A stretch of 56,342 nt of DNA, filler included, from Basidiobolus ranarum (lineage: Eukaryota): assembly GCA_040143965.1 (NCBI GenBank). It is 3 parts of 3 records of this genome, joined end to end, with 100 filler letters (N's around TTAATTAATTAA, not from the genome) between each part and the next. Parts side by side here need not be neighbours in the genome. Positions count along the whole stretch, not along the records: positions 37,659 to 56,342 come from JASJQH010000270.1; 2 more parts are not named here. One strand, given 5' to 3'. Numbering within the stretch: position 1 is the stretch's first letter; each line of letters begins with the position of its first letter. The notes below the pieces were generated by a model. It made no database searches. It was not told the DNA's origin and was given only the letters and a program-made list of their open reading frames with translations. Made by a program: the position numbers and the translations under genes. Positions 38,502 through 52,144 of this stretch are shown piece after piece.

Positions 38502-39707
38502 CTAATTTTTGGGCCACCAGTCGGGGATTACTGGATGTACATTTAGAGGATTACCATTACTGCCCTCTGTTCGTAGTTTGATGTCTGGTTTTTGTAATAA
38601 TTCCAAGCGAACCAACGCTAATCCGATATTATGTATACCGCCACAGAACTTGGCATTATTTCTAGCGTTCTTCGTGCCATCAACAATAATGTCCTGGGCA
38701 GGCGGAGGCAAATCCAGCTCCACACTTCGATCAACCTTAATCTGAGTAGGTGTTGACGATATTACCTCTGCGTCAGAGGTAATTTGAACAGGAAGAATGC
38801 GTTTACGAGTGACTCCAGTATGGTAGGTACGAATAGTAAGCTCTTGACCCACATAGCAGCCCTTGCGAAAATCAATTCCATTCATATAATCGAAATTGGA
38901 TTCAAGCGGTAAAGATGTATTGGTGAAGAAATCAGGCCCTTCAGGTACTCCGTGAAGGATTCGACGAATCGTATATTCACGTGAATTAAGCTCATTGAAA
39001 TCCGCGGGTAGTGATAGTACTTTGTCCGAGGGTAGAATAATGCGATTTCCTAGCCCTGGATATCTAGTGTCTTTGCATCTAATGTCTCCAATCTCTTTAA
39101 GAATCATACTTCCTTGAGGGATATTTACCGGCTTTCCGGTCTCGATAAAGTTAGCTTTGGGTCCCCATAGGTTCCAAACATTATACTCTTCGCTGACATC
39201 CTGTATCTTTACTCTAGAGCGAAGAATGTATTTTTTTATGTGCTTCAGCAAATCTTTAGTACTAGCAGAAGAGCACTCAATAAGGAATACAGGCGATGAA
39301 AAATTTAGTCCCTGATTCTTGGGGTATATAAAGGCGTCATAAAGTACACGACCCTGAATATAGTTGTTAGAGGTTAAACGTACAAATATAATTCCAAATA
39401 AAGCGGTTAAATAACTTACATTAGGAGCTAAAAAAGCAGTGAAAAACCCATCACCCCCCGTAGCAATGTGAGGCATATGATTAGTGATGATTCCTTGAAG
39501 GAATTTGACGGTATCGTCACCGTGAATTTGAAGGATACCTCTGTCCGGGACTTTTAAAAAATTATCACCCTCATGCAAAGGATCCTTCTCATGTGTAGGG
39601 GATAAAGGAGATATAGTGGTAAAGGTACGATTGTTTGAGCGTTTTAAAAGCGCTGTTGAGACGAGGGCCCTCAAAGGGGTCGATATCTTTCCCAGGCTAA
39701 TATTCAT
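38502..39707 (-). CDS. IBA57: Mitochondrial Fe-S assembly factor Iba57/Caf17 (YgfZ family); 66-nt in-frame intron
   Basis: KGCYVGQE signature, FLQGIITN, LPLESNFDYMNGIDF; intron 39354-39419 joins FLAPN|GRVLYD. Confidence 0.95.
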   Translation of the reverse strand: MNISLGKISTPLRALVSTALLKRSNNRTFTTISPLSPTHEKDPLHEGDNFLKVPDRGILQIHGDDTVKFLQGIITNHMPHIATGGDGFFTAFLAPNVSYLTALFGIIFVRLTSNNYIQGRVLYDAFIYPKNQGLNFSSPVFLIECSSASTKDLLKHIKKYILRSRVKIQDVSEEYNVWNLWGPKANFIETGKPVNIPQGSMILKEIGDIRCKDTRYPGLGNRIILPSDKVLSLPADFNELNSREYTIRRILHGVPEGPDFFTNTSLPLESNFDYMNGIDFRKGCYVGQELTIRTYHTGVTRKRILPVQITSDAEVISSTPTQIKVDRSVELDLPPPAQDIIVDGTKNARNNAKFCGGIHNIGLALVRLELLQKPDIKLRTEGSNGNPLNVHPVIPDWWPKN

Positions 39708-40094
39708 ATTAGAGGTGTACTGCTTTCAAAATAGAGTTCTGATGGAAAGCTTTGATATTCAAATATTCCACCTTGTCAGATATAACGCAAAATCAAAATC
39801 GCGTCTGGCTACACTAGATGCTCCGATTCAGCCAATGGACCTCCCATTGGTAAGGTTTCCAGATATATTTTAGACGATCACCGATTGGATCAGTGGATGA
39901 TTACTCGAGAAAAATATGCAGTAAAATTCCGAAATCCTCAGGATTCACCAATACAGGATAAAATCCATTTGGTGATACCATGATGGGAAATATTTCAGTA
40001 TAAATTGTGCAGTTTTGATAATCTTTGATAAATTTTAATTGCGAGTTTCATTTACATTCATGCCAAATTGCATGTGAATAATCATTGTAGCAGC

Positions 40095-40766
40095 TTAAGC
40101 GCGAGCGTTGGTATAACGTTCTGCAACATTCTTCCAGTTGACGATCTTCCAAATTTCAGTCAAGTAGTCGGGACGAACATTCTTATATTGGAGATAGTAA
40201 GCATGCTCCCAAACGTCGACACCAAGAAGGGGAACTAAATCAGTGAGGACATCCTGGTTTGGAGTAGTTTGAATCTGAAGAGATTGTTTGGCCTTGTTGT
40301 AGCCCAACCAACCCCAGCCAGAGCCCTGTACGGCAGCGGTTTGGGTGTTGAACTGCTTAATAAAGTTCTCCAAAGACCCAAAATCACGCTTGATAGCATC
40401 CAACAGTTCGCCCTTAGGAGGCTCGCCGCCACCTTCCTTGATAGGGGCCAAATTGGTCCAGAAAATGCTGTGGTTAACGTGGCCACCACCGTTGAACTTC
40501 AATGCGGATTGTAAGGAAATCTGGGTAGTAAGATCGTTTTTGGAAATGGCTTCCGCATTTTTTTCTTCAGCAATATTCAGGTTGTTAACGTAAGTTTGAT
40601 GATGTTTGCTATGGTGTAAACGCATGATCTCCGTGTTGACGACAGGTTCCAAGGCATCGTAATCGTAGGGGAGATCAGGAAGAGAATGCTTGCAACGAAC
40701 CACCACCATGGAAGGGGAGGCGAAATTTACTTTCTTGACAACAGATTTGGTAATAGTACGCAACAT
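40095..40766 (-). CDS. SOD2: Mitochondrial Mn superoxide dismutase, intronless
   Basis: [47 protein letters not shown]-terminal presequence. Confidence 0.98.
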   Translation of the reverse strand: MLRTITKSVVKKVNFASPSMVVVRCKHSLPDLPYDYDALEPVVNTEIMRLHHSKHHQTYVNNLNIAEEKNAEAISKNDLTTQISLQSALKFNGGGHVNHSIFWTNLAPIKEGGGEPPKGELLDAIKRDFGSLENFIKQFNTQTAAVQGSGWGWLGYNKAKQSLQIQTTPNQDVLTDLVPLLGVDVWEHAYYLQYKNVRPDYLTEIWKIVNWKNVAERYTNARA

Positions 40767-40876
40767 GAGTAATGAGGGAAGGATAGTAACTCCTGGGCCA
40801 TGAGTGCTTGTGCCATTGTTAAATACCCTACATCCAAAGTGGGGTTACAACAAGGTTTCGGGGCTTTCACTCAAAA

Positions 40877-40927
40877 TGCGTCATGCTGTCCCCACCGTGT
40901 GACGTTAACCATCAGCAAGTCACGTCA
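40877..40927. promoter_or_regulatory. Cluster of three TGACG (CRE/ATF-like bZIP) cores upstream of SOD2
   Basis: tgcgtca 40877, tgacgtt 40900, cacgtca 40921; about 110-160 bp from the ATG. Confidence 0.4.
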
Positions 40928-41644
40928 TGGCCAATGTTTAAATCCTTTATAATAGTCCAAGTGAGTGCAGGCACATTCTCATGTGATTGGGTATTAGTAA
41001 TACTCTGATATTTACTTGCCATTTGGCCATAATATGGGAGTAGCAGGGAAAGTACACACGAATCCCATAAAGCGTACATATCACCAATTCGCTGCCTCTA
41101 CATGCCTGTATTCTTCTCTGATTACGTGGATGATCCCACTTTGCGGTGTTTTTGAGCTTCTACATCAATTATTTGTGATCTAACCAGATTAGTCAAGTCA
41201 GATTTGGTGACCTTAGCTCATTTAATGCGGATCATCCTTAGAAGATCTTGAATCTCAACCTGTCGACATTCATCAAGTTCCTTTGTCAGAGATTAAATAT
41301 GGTCGCTCATTATGGTTGAGACTGCTAAATGCGTTGAGGATTGGATTGGTATTCTTAAGTTTCGGCGAGTATTCAATCTGACAAGGCCGATGTTAATCTG
41401 ATGGAGCCAAATCATCCCAAAAACCATCGAGCTCTTGTATCATTATATTTAGCTGAAATCATTGACTGATTAGACTGATTGTGACTTGATCGATCAATCA
41501 GATTAACTAAAATAGTTAATAATACAAGACAGAGCTAGGACAGAGTAGAGCGAATGAACAATTTTTTCAGCGGATTAAAAGTTTTGGAGTGTATTGTAAC
41601 ATCCTCCTCTTTCCATTTTCCTGTAGGGATACATTTCGGTTGAT

Positions 41645-42383
41645 ATGGTTAGTATTTTAGACGTAGTCTCAACGGTTAAATGTCCTCAAACTATCTGAGA
41701 GATGATACTTTCTAAATGAATTGTTGAAGAATGTATATTAAAATATCGAGTTCCAGAGATGGATGGATGCAAGTTGAAAAATAGAAACAATTACGAATTT
41801 CAAAATTAACGACGAATTTAACTTGCAGGGTATTGACATTAAGAAACATCACGTTAAGAAGGGTAACAAAACCGAGCCCCGTAGTCAAGATGTCTACCTT
41901 AGATTATTGGTGAAATTGTATAGATTCCTTGCTCGTCGTACCGACGCCAAGTTCAACAAAGTCATTCTTAAGCGTCTTTTTATGTCTCGCATCAACAGAC
42001 CCCCTCTTTCTATTTCTCGTTTGGCTCGTTATGTCAAGGGTAAGGAGGGCAAGATTGCCGTCGTCGTTGGTACTGTTACCGATGATGAGCGTCTTTTGGA
42101 GACTCCCAAACTCACCATTTGCGCTCTTCGTGTGACTAAGACTGCTCGTGCCAGAATTTTGAAATCAGGTGGTGAGGTTATCACCTTTGATCAGTTGGCT
42201 CTTCGTGCTCCCACCGGCGCTAATACTGTTCTTTTGAGAGGTCCTAAGAACTCTCGTGAAGCAGTCAAGCACTTTGGTGCTGCTGGTGTTCCCAACGGCC
42301 ATGCCAAGCCCTATGTGCGCTCCAAGGGACGCAAATTCGAACGCGCCAGAGGTCGCCGTGCCAGTCGTGGTTACAAGAACTAA
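41645..42383 (+). CDS. RPL18: 60S ribosomal protein L18 (eL18); ATG-only first coding exon
   Basis: ATG 41645, intron 41648-41828, then [11 protein letters not shown]…[12 protein letters not shown]…[14 protein letters not shown]. Confidence 0.98.
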
Positions 42384-43649
42384 TTGTTGCTTATTATACT
42401 CTACTAGATTTGGTTACATTCATTCACACACTTGCACTGACAATAAACAGTTCATCCGCAAAGAAACGAGTGTCTTTGTTTTATCTTCAAATATCGTAGA
42501 CTTGGCTACTTTTTTACCTGAGATCGATACTATACTTAACCACCGTATATTGACCAAGACTATCATAGAATATTAAATTACCTTTGTTCACTCCACTCTC
42601 ATGTTGCCAACTAAGGTTTTGTAGAATCATACACATTGACTAGGACTGTCAAAAACTATATTGCTTAATGCTGGTTTTTTCAATTGAGGTTGAACAAAAG
42701 GCTACTTAGTGGAGAAATACTATAACTTGAGGTCTACAAAAGTTGGGATATCAATAGCAAGATGTGAAAGTAGAGAGAGAGTAGTAATTGATGTTCACTG
42801 GTATTAAGTATTGTTTTTGTCTGATCCGTATAGAATTCATTTGTCAGAAACAGACAAGTTTCCGAAAGCTTATCATCAGAGAAAGTGGAGCGGGTGATGA
42901 AGTGAGAGAAATAGCTACTTGCGAAATGGTGGGATCTGCTGGCTGGTATTTACCATTATTTATAGCTCAGTATCTAGCTAGGCAATGACCGCTTGGTTTA
43001 CTGATTCTCTCCAGCTTGAATGCTATAGGATCATAAATCATTGTTCATTTGGAGATGTACTCTCAGTATCATGATCACATTCACCAGGGTTATTGAGATG
43101 GTCAAAGGTTACCAGCGGATATTAAAGTGTATTTTGGCTATTAATAGACACTATACTTTCAAGATTAATGGACTGCTATCAATTTCGCAGTGTCGCTTAA
43201 GAAAGTGGGTTAATGCATATCCGCAGGCAAAAACGTCATCAACTGTTCCCATATGCAAGTAGTTCGAGCCTGGTATTGCCCAGCAAATGAGTATGACTCA
43301 CAAAGAGATCCAACTAGCCTCCTCCGTGCAGTATGAACACAGCCGATATTTCAATGCACACTCTGATCTTTCATCTCACAGCTAATATCCCTGGTGCTGA
43401 GGATCAGGGAGCCTATCAATCTTGAGTCTTTATGCTGTAAATCTTCCCCTTAATTTCCATTCAAATATTCAAGTGGCAGTCACCTAATCCACCAATAAGA
43501 GTTATGATAAGGGTAATGGTCGACAGCCGTTATGACTCCCTCTCCTTCCATCTGTGACTTTATCTATAGGTCTCTTCATACAAAGAAAGAAATCATAACC
43601 ACTCTTATCACTAGACAAATTCAATCTAGCGCCTACATTCTCAGCCATC

Positions 43650-44649
43650 ATGCGACTACAGCTTTGGTTTTTACGTATTCTTAATCTAATTAGTTACCTC
43701 TACTTCCTGCATACTACTTTGTACCAAGTTTTTTCTCCTGAGGGCAAAGAACCTCATAAGACTTACTCTGCCAACCTCTCACTATTGACTCCGGCTCCAT
43801 TCGTTTTATTTATCTACTTTCCAATTTCACTTGGTCTAGCTCTATTTAGTGTTTATCAGTTCACTCCAACTGCCGAAGAATATGTTGTTAGAGGGGTATC
43901 GTGGTCTCTAGTCTTGAGTTTAAGTTTATATGGTGCCTGGACTTGGTTTTGGGTATATTTCAACCTCAAATTTCTTGATATTTTTTCTTTTACTTATCAA
44001 CTTGGTGCAATTAGCAAAACTCGCATCCCGTTATCTCTCTGTTGTTTGCGATCCCAATTGCTGCCTTCATTTCTTATGGTCAAGCCTCTCTTTATCTGTT
44101 ATCTTCCTCTGCACCTTCGAAGATCAACAATATTCTCATTCAAATACCACTTTCTATGTGGCATGCTTGGGCGAGCGTCCTCTTGGTTTTGAACTTTAAC
44201 GCCGCCTTGTCAAATTCATTACATCCAGGCTTATATGAGAATATATTGGCATTTTTATTGTTGGCTGCTTTCTATGGGTCTGCGACTAGATATTTAGTTC
44301 GATTGGATTTTGTAGGAGTCTTGGTATTATTATGGTAATGATATTGTAACCAATCTTAATCTCTAGAGAACTAATTAGCATGATCAATATTAGGGTTCAA
44401 ATTGGTATAGTTATCAACCAATCATCAATGGTGATCCGTTACTATACCGCTTTTCAAATTCTAGCTATCGTATCATTGAGTGCAATCCGTATTTATGAAT
44501 ACAAGAAAGCAGAGGAAGTTACCCCTTGGGTTCGAAGCCTAGCGGAGTTCTATCAGTGGCGAAATTCCGAAGAGTCCTCTCCTTTGTTACCCGACACTAA
44601 CCGAGGTTCCACCACCTACACAGAACCCCAAACGAATATAAATGCCTAA
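43650..44649 (+). CDS. Multi-TM membrane protein (fungal DUF1774/TspO-like fold suspected); 3 exons
   Basis: Introns 43953-44014 and 44335-44393 join three ORFs; LTPAPFVLFIY, PLSMWHAWASV; C-terminal EESSPLL dileucine motif. Confidence 0.7.
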
Positions 44650-45446
44650 AGTTGATATTACTGAAGTTTTAACCTACGTTATACCACACCTACGAGTTAC
44701 ATAGCGTTATTATGTAATTAGTATATCCTCCCCTTTCGAAACGTTTCTAGATACTTTATTAAATACATCTCAGTGTTTTGCCAATCTTTGGCAGCTATTC
44801 TAAGCTCACTGTTCATTAAGCCTACTCGTATCTATGATTGAATATGGCTGAGGTAGTGAGTTGATATAAATTGGAGCGTTGGATTTATGTGATGCACACA
44901 TACGATACAGCTGGTTGAGGGCGCTACCATGATTTGGTGCGGCTACTCATAATTGTTCTAGTGAATAATTTCAGTTGACGAAACTTGGTGAAACTGGTTA
45001 GAGATAACGATGGGGGTTCTGTTAATATGCAATCTAAACGATGCTGGTATCAACTAACTAACAAGATCGTTCAGGACAATTGTCGCTAACATTCTACATG
45101 ATTCAGTAAGTGGAACACGGTATTTTACATTTTTAATTGACATCGCCTGATTAGGTACTATTTATGTATTGGCCGCATATAGTTCTGTTAAAATAGCGAA
45201 TTTTTCTATCCAATTAGCCAATGATCGGCATTTTACTCACTGTGAATCATAGGCTCGGCTGGAGTAACTCAGACCATGAAAAGCTATATCTGGGCTAAAA
45301 GCCTTGGGAGGCTCTAGGTTAGATTTTTGGTAGTCGGAGTACATTTACGAAATTCCTCTTCCCTATTTGACAATAAGACTTGTGAACTATTGCATATACC
45401 TACTTAACCTACCTCAATCTTTGAACAACCCATTAACAGTACAAAT

Positions 45447-47519
45447 ATGAATGACGAAAAAAGTACCATTGAAATCGGTATCATTGGTGCAGGTGACATG
45501 GGTCGTTTATACGGACGCAAGTTCCAACAGGCCGGGTGGAAAAAGTGTGTTTAACTTGTGGTATCGTTTTTAACTGTGAAATTATTTAGTGGGTATTTAG
45601 TTTTGTTTGTTTTATCACTATAGTGTGAATATTTGCGATTTACCCTCGCGGTTTGAACAATTAAAAGCTGAATTAGAAGGTATTTAACTTTGAAAATTTA
45701 CTCTCAGAAACTCTATTAATTCCTCTTATATTATCGATTGGTCGTAGGTGAAGGCTTCAATGTTTTCAGAGATGGCCACGCAGTCTCTCGTAGAAGTGAT
45801 TTTATTATTTATTCAGTCGAAGCTGAATTAATAGACTCAGTTGTTGCACAATTCGGCCCTTGTAAGCTCTCCTAGTCTTCACTCTTGGTTTTCCAGATCT
45901 TTAATATTAACTTTATACCTTTATAGCAACTAAGATTGGTGCTGTTGTAGCTGGTCAGGTATATAGGCTTTCTCAACCTTGTGATCTTTTTATTCCCGTA
46001 ATTTCTGGCTAAAATGGTTGATTATCTCGACAATAGACTTCAGTTAAAGCTCCTGAGATTATGGCTTTTGAGAAGCATCTTCCACAAGATGTTAACATTG
46101 TTACCTGTCACTCCATGCATGGGCCTCAAGTGGATACCAAAGGCCAACCCTTGGTTTGTATTTATATTTAGCAGCTTGGAAGGCAAATTGATTGATTTAA
46201 AGAAACACAGGTTATTATAAGACACCGTAGTGATCAAGAGAAATTCGATCTAGTTGTGCGAATTCTGGAGAGTTTTGAATCTCAAGTGGTCTATTTGACA
46301 TACGAAGATCATGATAGGTATTTGCGGGATGCTTTCAAATTGGATATATCAGGAATCACTCAAAGAATCTAATTTAGAATCACCGCCGACACCCAAGCTG
46401 TTACTCACTTGGCATTTAAGAGGTAATGCTTATGTAAAAAACTGAATCAACATTTTGATGTTTCTAACTTTTTTGTGCTTAGTATGGGTACAGCCTGGAA
46501 ATCCAAATCCGTTTTTCCGGTAAATCTTAGAACAAGTTGTTGTCAGTAGCTATGATGCCAACATACTCTTATATAGTGGGAGAATCTTTCTTTTGTTGGT
46601 GGGATCGAGAATGTTAAAGTCAATATGGCTTTGAGAATTTACGGTAGCAAGTGGCACGTATATGCTGGTAGGTTGCGTTCAAATACATGGCCCGTCACTG
46701 AAAAGACCTAACATCTCTACTCAGGTCTTGCCATAATGAATCCTAGTGCCCGGGCACAAATCAAACAATATGCTGATTGTGTGTCAGAGTTGTTTGAGTT
46801 GGGGATGCAAGAGAAAGAGGAAGAGTTCACAAATCGTGTAAAGAAGGTATGCTACTATTAAGCTTGACTTTCCTTTCCATTTCTAAAGACAACATTCACG
46901 TGTAGGCTGGAGAATATGTATTTGGGAAAGCTGACAGCTCGAAGCGAATCCTACTCTCCGATGATATATTAGATAGGTTTTCTCTATCGAGTGTCCCTAA
47001 AGAGAAACGGAAGCCAAACTCTCATCTTTCCCTGCTAGCTATAGTTAATATCTCTACCTAAAGCATATTTTCTTGGCAGGAAATTAACCCATTGAATCTT
47101 CATAGGTTGACTGTTGGCATCAAATGAAGATCAACCCTTATGATCATATGATATGTCAGACACCACCATTTCGTTTGTGGCTAGGCATTACGGAGTTTTG
47201 CTTTAGGAATCAGGAGTTTCTGAATGATGCCATTAGAGCAGCTTTGTATGATAAAGAAATCCGCGCACATGATCTTTCTGTTAGTTCACGATTATTCTAT
47301 TAGCATTTCAATATTTGTCTCTAAATACTCTTAAAATCCCATTAGTTTTATTCGGCTACTTTAGGATGGGCTCAGTGCATTGATCATGGAAATATGGACG
47401 GTTATCGCAAGCGCTTTACCGAGACTGCTGCTTTTTTCCAAGACCGTCTACCTGATGCCAGTACTATCAGCACCGAGATGATCCGTACAATCACCTTGAG
47501 AACAGAGCACGATTTGTAG
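45447..47519 (+). CDS. TYR1: Prephenate dehydrogenase (NADP+); about 13 exons
   Basis: Spliced: IGIIGAGDMG, GHAVSRRSDFIIYSVEA, GQTSVKAPE, CHSMHGP, HDRITADTQAVTH, GGIENVKVN, KWHVYAGLA, PNSHLSLLAIVDCW; not visible in the ORF track. Confidence 0.95.
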
Positions 47520-48002
47520 ATCTCTTGATTTAATCCAGACAATAAAATGATCGTTTAATTAAATCTCTCAAACATATACACAAGTCACCAGTGTGATAGC
47601 TTTGTAGGTACTAAAAATCTAAATGTCGCCATATTTTTAACATATTTTGAAAGTGGAGTTTGCCTTTATATTACAATTTTCTTGTGAGGATCGATTGATT
47701 TGTTTGAGAGATTACTATGTTCATAGATATAAAGTTAATATGGGAAAACGTGATTATTTAACTAATGTAAAATTACAAATCGTTGCGCTATGAAATACTT
47801 CTTTCCACGATCATGAAATGTGTAAAATCAGTCGATAGGTGATTCCATGCTCAACGAAAAGAAATTGTCTCGAAGAAAATAAATTTAACAAGCCTCGATA
47901 AGTTTCTTTTACAGGTTCGATTGCGACTTGAGTGCTGTACGTATAACGATTAGATACAAAGGGGTTTGTTCGGAAGAGCTCCAAAGTAAATCAAGATGGC
48001 TT

Positions 48003-49428
48003 TTACTCCAGAAGACTAACATCTACTCCGTTGGCGACATCCCAAACCAGAATCTTTTGGTCTTGGCCAACACTAAAAAGATCCCATTAGAATCAGACAA
48101 TATAATCAATCAAAGTAAAATAACATACCTAATAATTTTCGTTAAACTGAATTGGACATCAAAGACCCAGCTGGAGTGACCGTTCCTCAAATCAAGAATA
48201 CACTTTCCTGTTTGGATGTCCCAAACCTTTACTGTTTGATCGTAAGACCCAGATACAAGATGCTTTCCGGAGAGGTGGAGTGTGCGAACAAGATCCCGAT
48301 GACCAGTCAAAGTTCTTAGGCATCGTCCAGTTTGTGCATCCCACACTTTTATAGTATAGTCATTAGAACCAGACACAACTCTTTTACCATCAAATTGAAC
48401 GCAAGCTAGTCCTCGTGTATGTCCTACAAATTCGCGAATGCATTCGCCTGTATTTATATCCCACATTTTCACTATTGAATCTCCTGAAGCGGAAACCAGA
48501 ATATTATCTTGGAGTTGGATTGCATTGACTGGACCTCGATGGCCAAGCAAAACTTTTATTAACTCCCCGTCGTGTATGCTCCATACACGGATAGTTCCAT
48601 CTTTTGAGCAGCTTACAATATGATCTTTATCAAAGCAAACATCGAGAACGCCTGCGCTGTGACCTCGAATGCGAAATTTTGAAGTTAGTGTTTTCATGTC
48701 CCATACGATAATAGTCGTGTCGCTAGAGCCGGTAACCATAATTTCATCGTTGTAATCTAAGCATAATACCGAGCGGCAATGACCCGTTAAGCTCATCATA
48801 CATTTGCCGGTGTCAATATCCCAAAACTTTACTGAACGATCTCTAGAGCCAGTAACAATTTTTTTGCCATCGAATTTTAAGCAATAAACGCTGTCTGAAT
48901 GACCAGCAATAAGTCGCTTATCAATCATCCCAGCTTTCCAGCGTTTTTCAATCGTAGAACGCTGTTGATAGAGGTATTTCCAGTCTAGACGTGGATTATT
49001 GGGCGGAATCCGTACGTACCATTGCTGATCTAGATATAATTGTTTCCATATTTCCGAATCGCTAGCTATTTGGTGCCAATACTTCGAGACTAACATCAAG
49101 CGAACAAGCAGCATAAAATCTGCATATGTCAGAATGTGCAAACAGATCTCGAAAGGTAGCGAAGATATTAGATCTAAAGTATTGATAAAGAATAAGTACA
49201 TTTTACTGTAAGAGTTAAATCCAAAAAATTACCTATTCCTGTTAGCTGTAGCTCTTTACCACTGTCGTTTGCTTTACGTAGGTTAGAAAGACTATCGCTT
49301 GAAGAAGAGTAGGAAGAGAGAGATTTTGAACCTCTCGACTGGCTTCGAGGGCTAAAAGTGAATACTCGTTTTGTCAGACTTTTCCATAACTTCGTTTTAC
49401 TCATAAGCTTCAAAGTAGAAGTGCTCAT
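48003..49428 (-). CDS. F-box/WD40 protein (beta-TrCP/FWD-1-like SCF substrate receptor); 3 exons
   Basis: Introns 49174-49232 and 48073-48128; F-box DLISSLPFEICLHILTY…VSKYW; seven WD40 repeats beginning GHSDSVYCLKFD. Confidence 0.92.
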
Positions 49429-52144
49429 TGTACAAAGACACTTAGCCGGTTAAGGGGTTACGATAAGGTAAGAAAAAGGCTTCTAACGAGTGTGAATTAC
49501 TATCTAGACTACAGCTGAAGTCAAAATAGTCACAAGGAATATTGACAGTAACAGAAAATGATAAATTAAATACTGCCGCTTGGGGAGTGAGCAATTGATA
49601 TAGTAAGAACCCGGAGAGAAGAAGGGAATGCACCTGGGCTACTCCAACTCAAATAAGACCTTTGTAAAGTGATTGGATAAAATGTAAGTGGCTAGGAGTC
49701 CCAATTTATGAAGCCAATCCACAAATTGTCCAATAATAGAAATGCGAATGATTGGCGGAATCAATTCAGTATAAGTTTTAGGGAAGTTTTGAGAAGTTTT
49801 ACTTAGGATATCCTGATACAATGGAAAGTATATATATGGATAATTTATTAACTAGCATATAAAGAGTGTACCAATTTATTTGCATTTAAGACCGTATTTT
49901 CGGCCCACAATGATTTAAGACATCATTAAATTGCATTAAGGTTTCAATGTTACTGTCTACTTAATTCAATCTGTCGTCATGTACGCAAAACCGTTTCTAT
50001 TCAAAATACCGTTTCTCTTCTAGTCTATTTCATGCTGGAACGATGACAGCTTGCGAATTTAAAACATCCTATGAGAGTGAACGACGAACTTGTTTCACGA
50101 CAAGACACTACATCAGCCGCAACATAAGCATTGTTTCACTATCCATAACATTTAATCTTCTCTGGATCTTTCGTAACCAGTTTTGTAATTACTTCTACAT
50201 CGATTTGGGGCAGCGTGGAATCAGCTGAAGCACATATGCGAATTTAATTTAGCTAATGGACGGCCATTCATTAAGCGTTCCCTCCAAATTCATTTACTTT
50301 AGAGACCGTAGCTATCCATTTCCCTATATTAAATTAAGTAGCATAGTGAGTTAATTAAATAGGATGAACAGTAGGCTTGGAGATCCATTTCTAGCAAACA
50401 ACGTATTATTATTTCCAGTGTAGTAGCTGTAGCAAATAGTATCATTTGCAACCAGCTTTTCTCAGCATGTATTGAACGGGTAGATAATAGGGGCGATTTC
50501 TTGACATTACTGTGTTAATCCGGTGATGGGCTCATTAGCATTGTCCAACTTGAGAAATCCTACCCCTATCGGGCCGTGGTACCACCACCAACTAGTAATC
50601 ACATACATCCGCAACAGCATGGCCGTCTTGAGATATTTCTTGGATAGCAAAGAACACCCCTTCAACACTTGAATTGGGGATCTCGTCAAGTGGGGTTTCA
50701 GTACGATTCTCAACTAGCCGAAGATGGGCAATACCCGCGTTGTTATCCAGGATATCCTCTTTCCGTACTTTCCAAACTCAAGAAACTCTTTGACCGTATT
50801 TACTGCCAATAGTTTCTTCCTGCAGTATCAATAGCATAGATTACATTATGTCTTTCGAGAGTTTTTAAAATGGGCAGTCATGGGACTATCTCGGGACATC
50901 AATCATAGATGTCCACCAATATTAGTGCATCATCGTATTGTGATTCGCTAAGATGGATACATGCTATCCTTGATGACGTATCAATAAGATAATAAAGATG
51001 TACAGAAATGCTTGCTTAGCTCAGCCATAAACCAACACGGAGTATATGCAAGCCAGTAACATATCTAATCTCTCCCAAGATTCATGGTTTAAGTTTTTCC
51101 GTCGCACTGGTAAGTACTCTGTGCTGTCCATATTGTGGAGATTCGTATTCAACTTGACATATTAGTAGTCTTTAAGTGCCTTCTATTCTATGTATTTGCG
51201 GTATGATACTATTATCATAGGCTTTGCAGATAATTGATGCCTACAAGATGCTGATCTACCCATTAAAACTAATTCTGAATAGCAAACATGTGCAGGTAGA
51301 CTACTTGATTAAATGATTGATTGAAAAGCCGTCAGTGAGTTTTACTGATAACATTTAGCACGAACTTTAGATGTTCCAGAATAAGGAAGACTGATGATTC
51401 CAGATTACCTGAATGTGTGATTGTCCATACGACACCAACACTTCAGTTCAGCAAAGAAGCTTGTATAGGATCAATACGCTCTTCAAGCGTCCAGTCTTGA
51501 TTTATGGCAGTTTAGAAACCAGCTAAAACTTTAATCCATACTACGATTGGTATCAAAATCGCATCTGTATACTCGAATACTTGATACACACAAACATGGT
51601 ATTTCTATCTGTCGGTTGCTTCACTTGTAAGTCCTTTGAATTGATCTAGTGGATACAAAATAGTGATGAAAATCAAGCGGATATTTAAATAATCAGCGAG
51701 CTAGTAAAGTCCAGCTGCACTCCTGCATTCCAGCATCGAGGTAGTTTTCAAATTCAATCATAGGCAGGGATCTGTCATTCAATCTAGATGCCGTTGCCTT
51801 CGGTGGTCAAGATACATTCAGATCGTGCTAAATCTCGTGTAAAGAGCATTCTTCAATCTAATGATTCATGAACGTGATTGTAGACATACTGTATTAAGAA
51901 TATTGCTTACTAGTTAGCGACCTTAATGCCTCCTGTATTTGTGCGTGTAGTAAGCGCTATACTGTGTGGTATGGTCAACAGCATTTATGAATTCTGAGAT
52001 ATTGAAAATAGTTATAAAAGTGGCGACTTTGCGGAAATAATTCAATTCAGTTATCCTTGTTGCCTTCTCACTTTCTCATAATAGAATCTTTAGAAGAGCT
52101 GTACACTCCTATTTCACATACCTTTCTCAATAAGTGAATGCAAA

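Noticed and set aside
41648-41828. Intronic snoRNA in RPL18 or RPS18 first introns
   Set aside because: No correctly ordered C (RTGATGA) and D (CTGA) boxes or convincing H/ACA double hairpin seen by eye
50500-50830. GC-richer coding-like segment on the minus strand
   Set aside because: Bounded by stops, no start or recognisable motif; may be a remnant but unsupported
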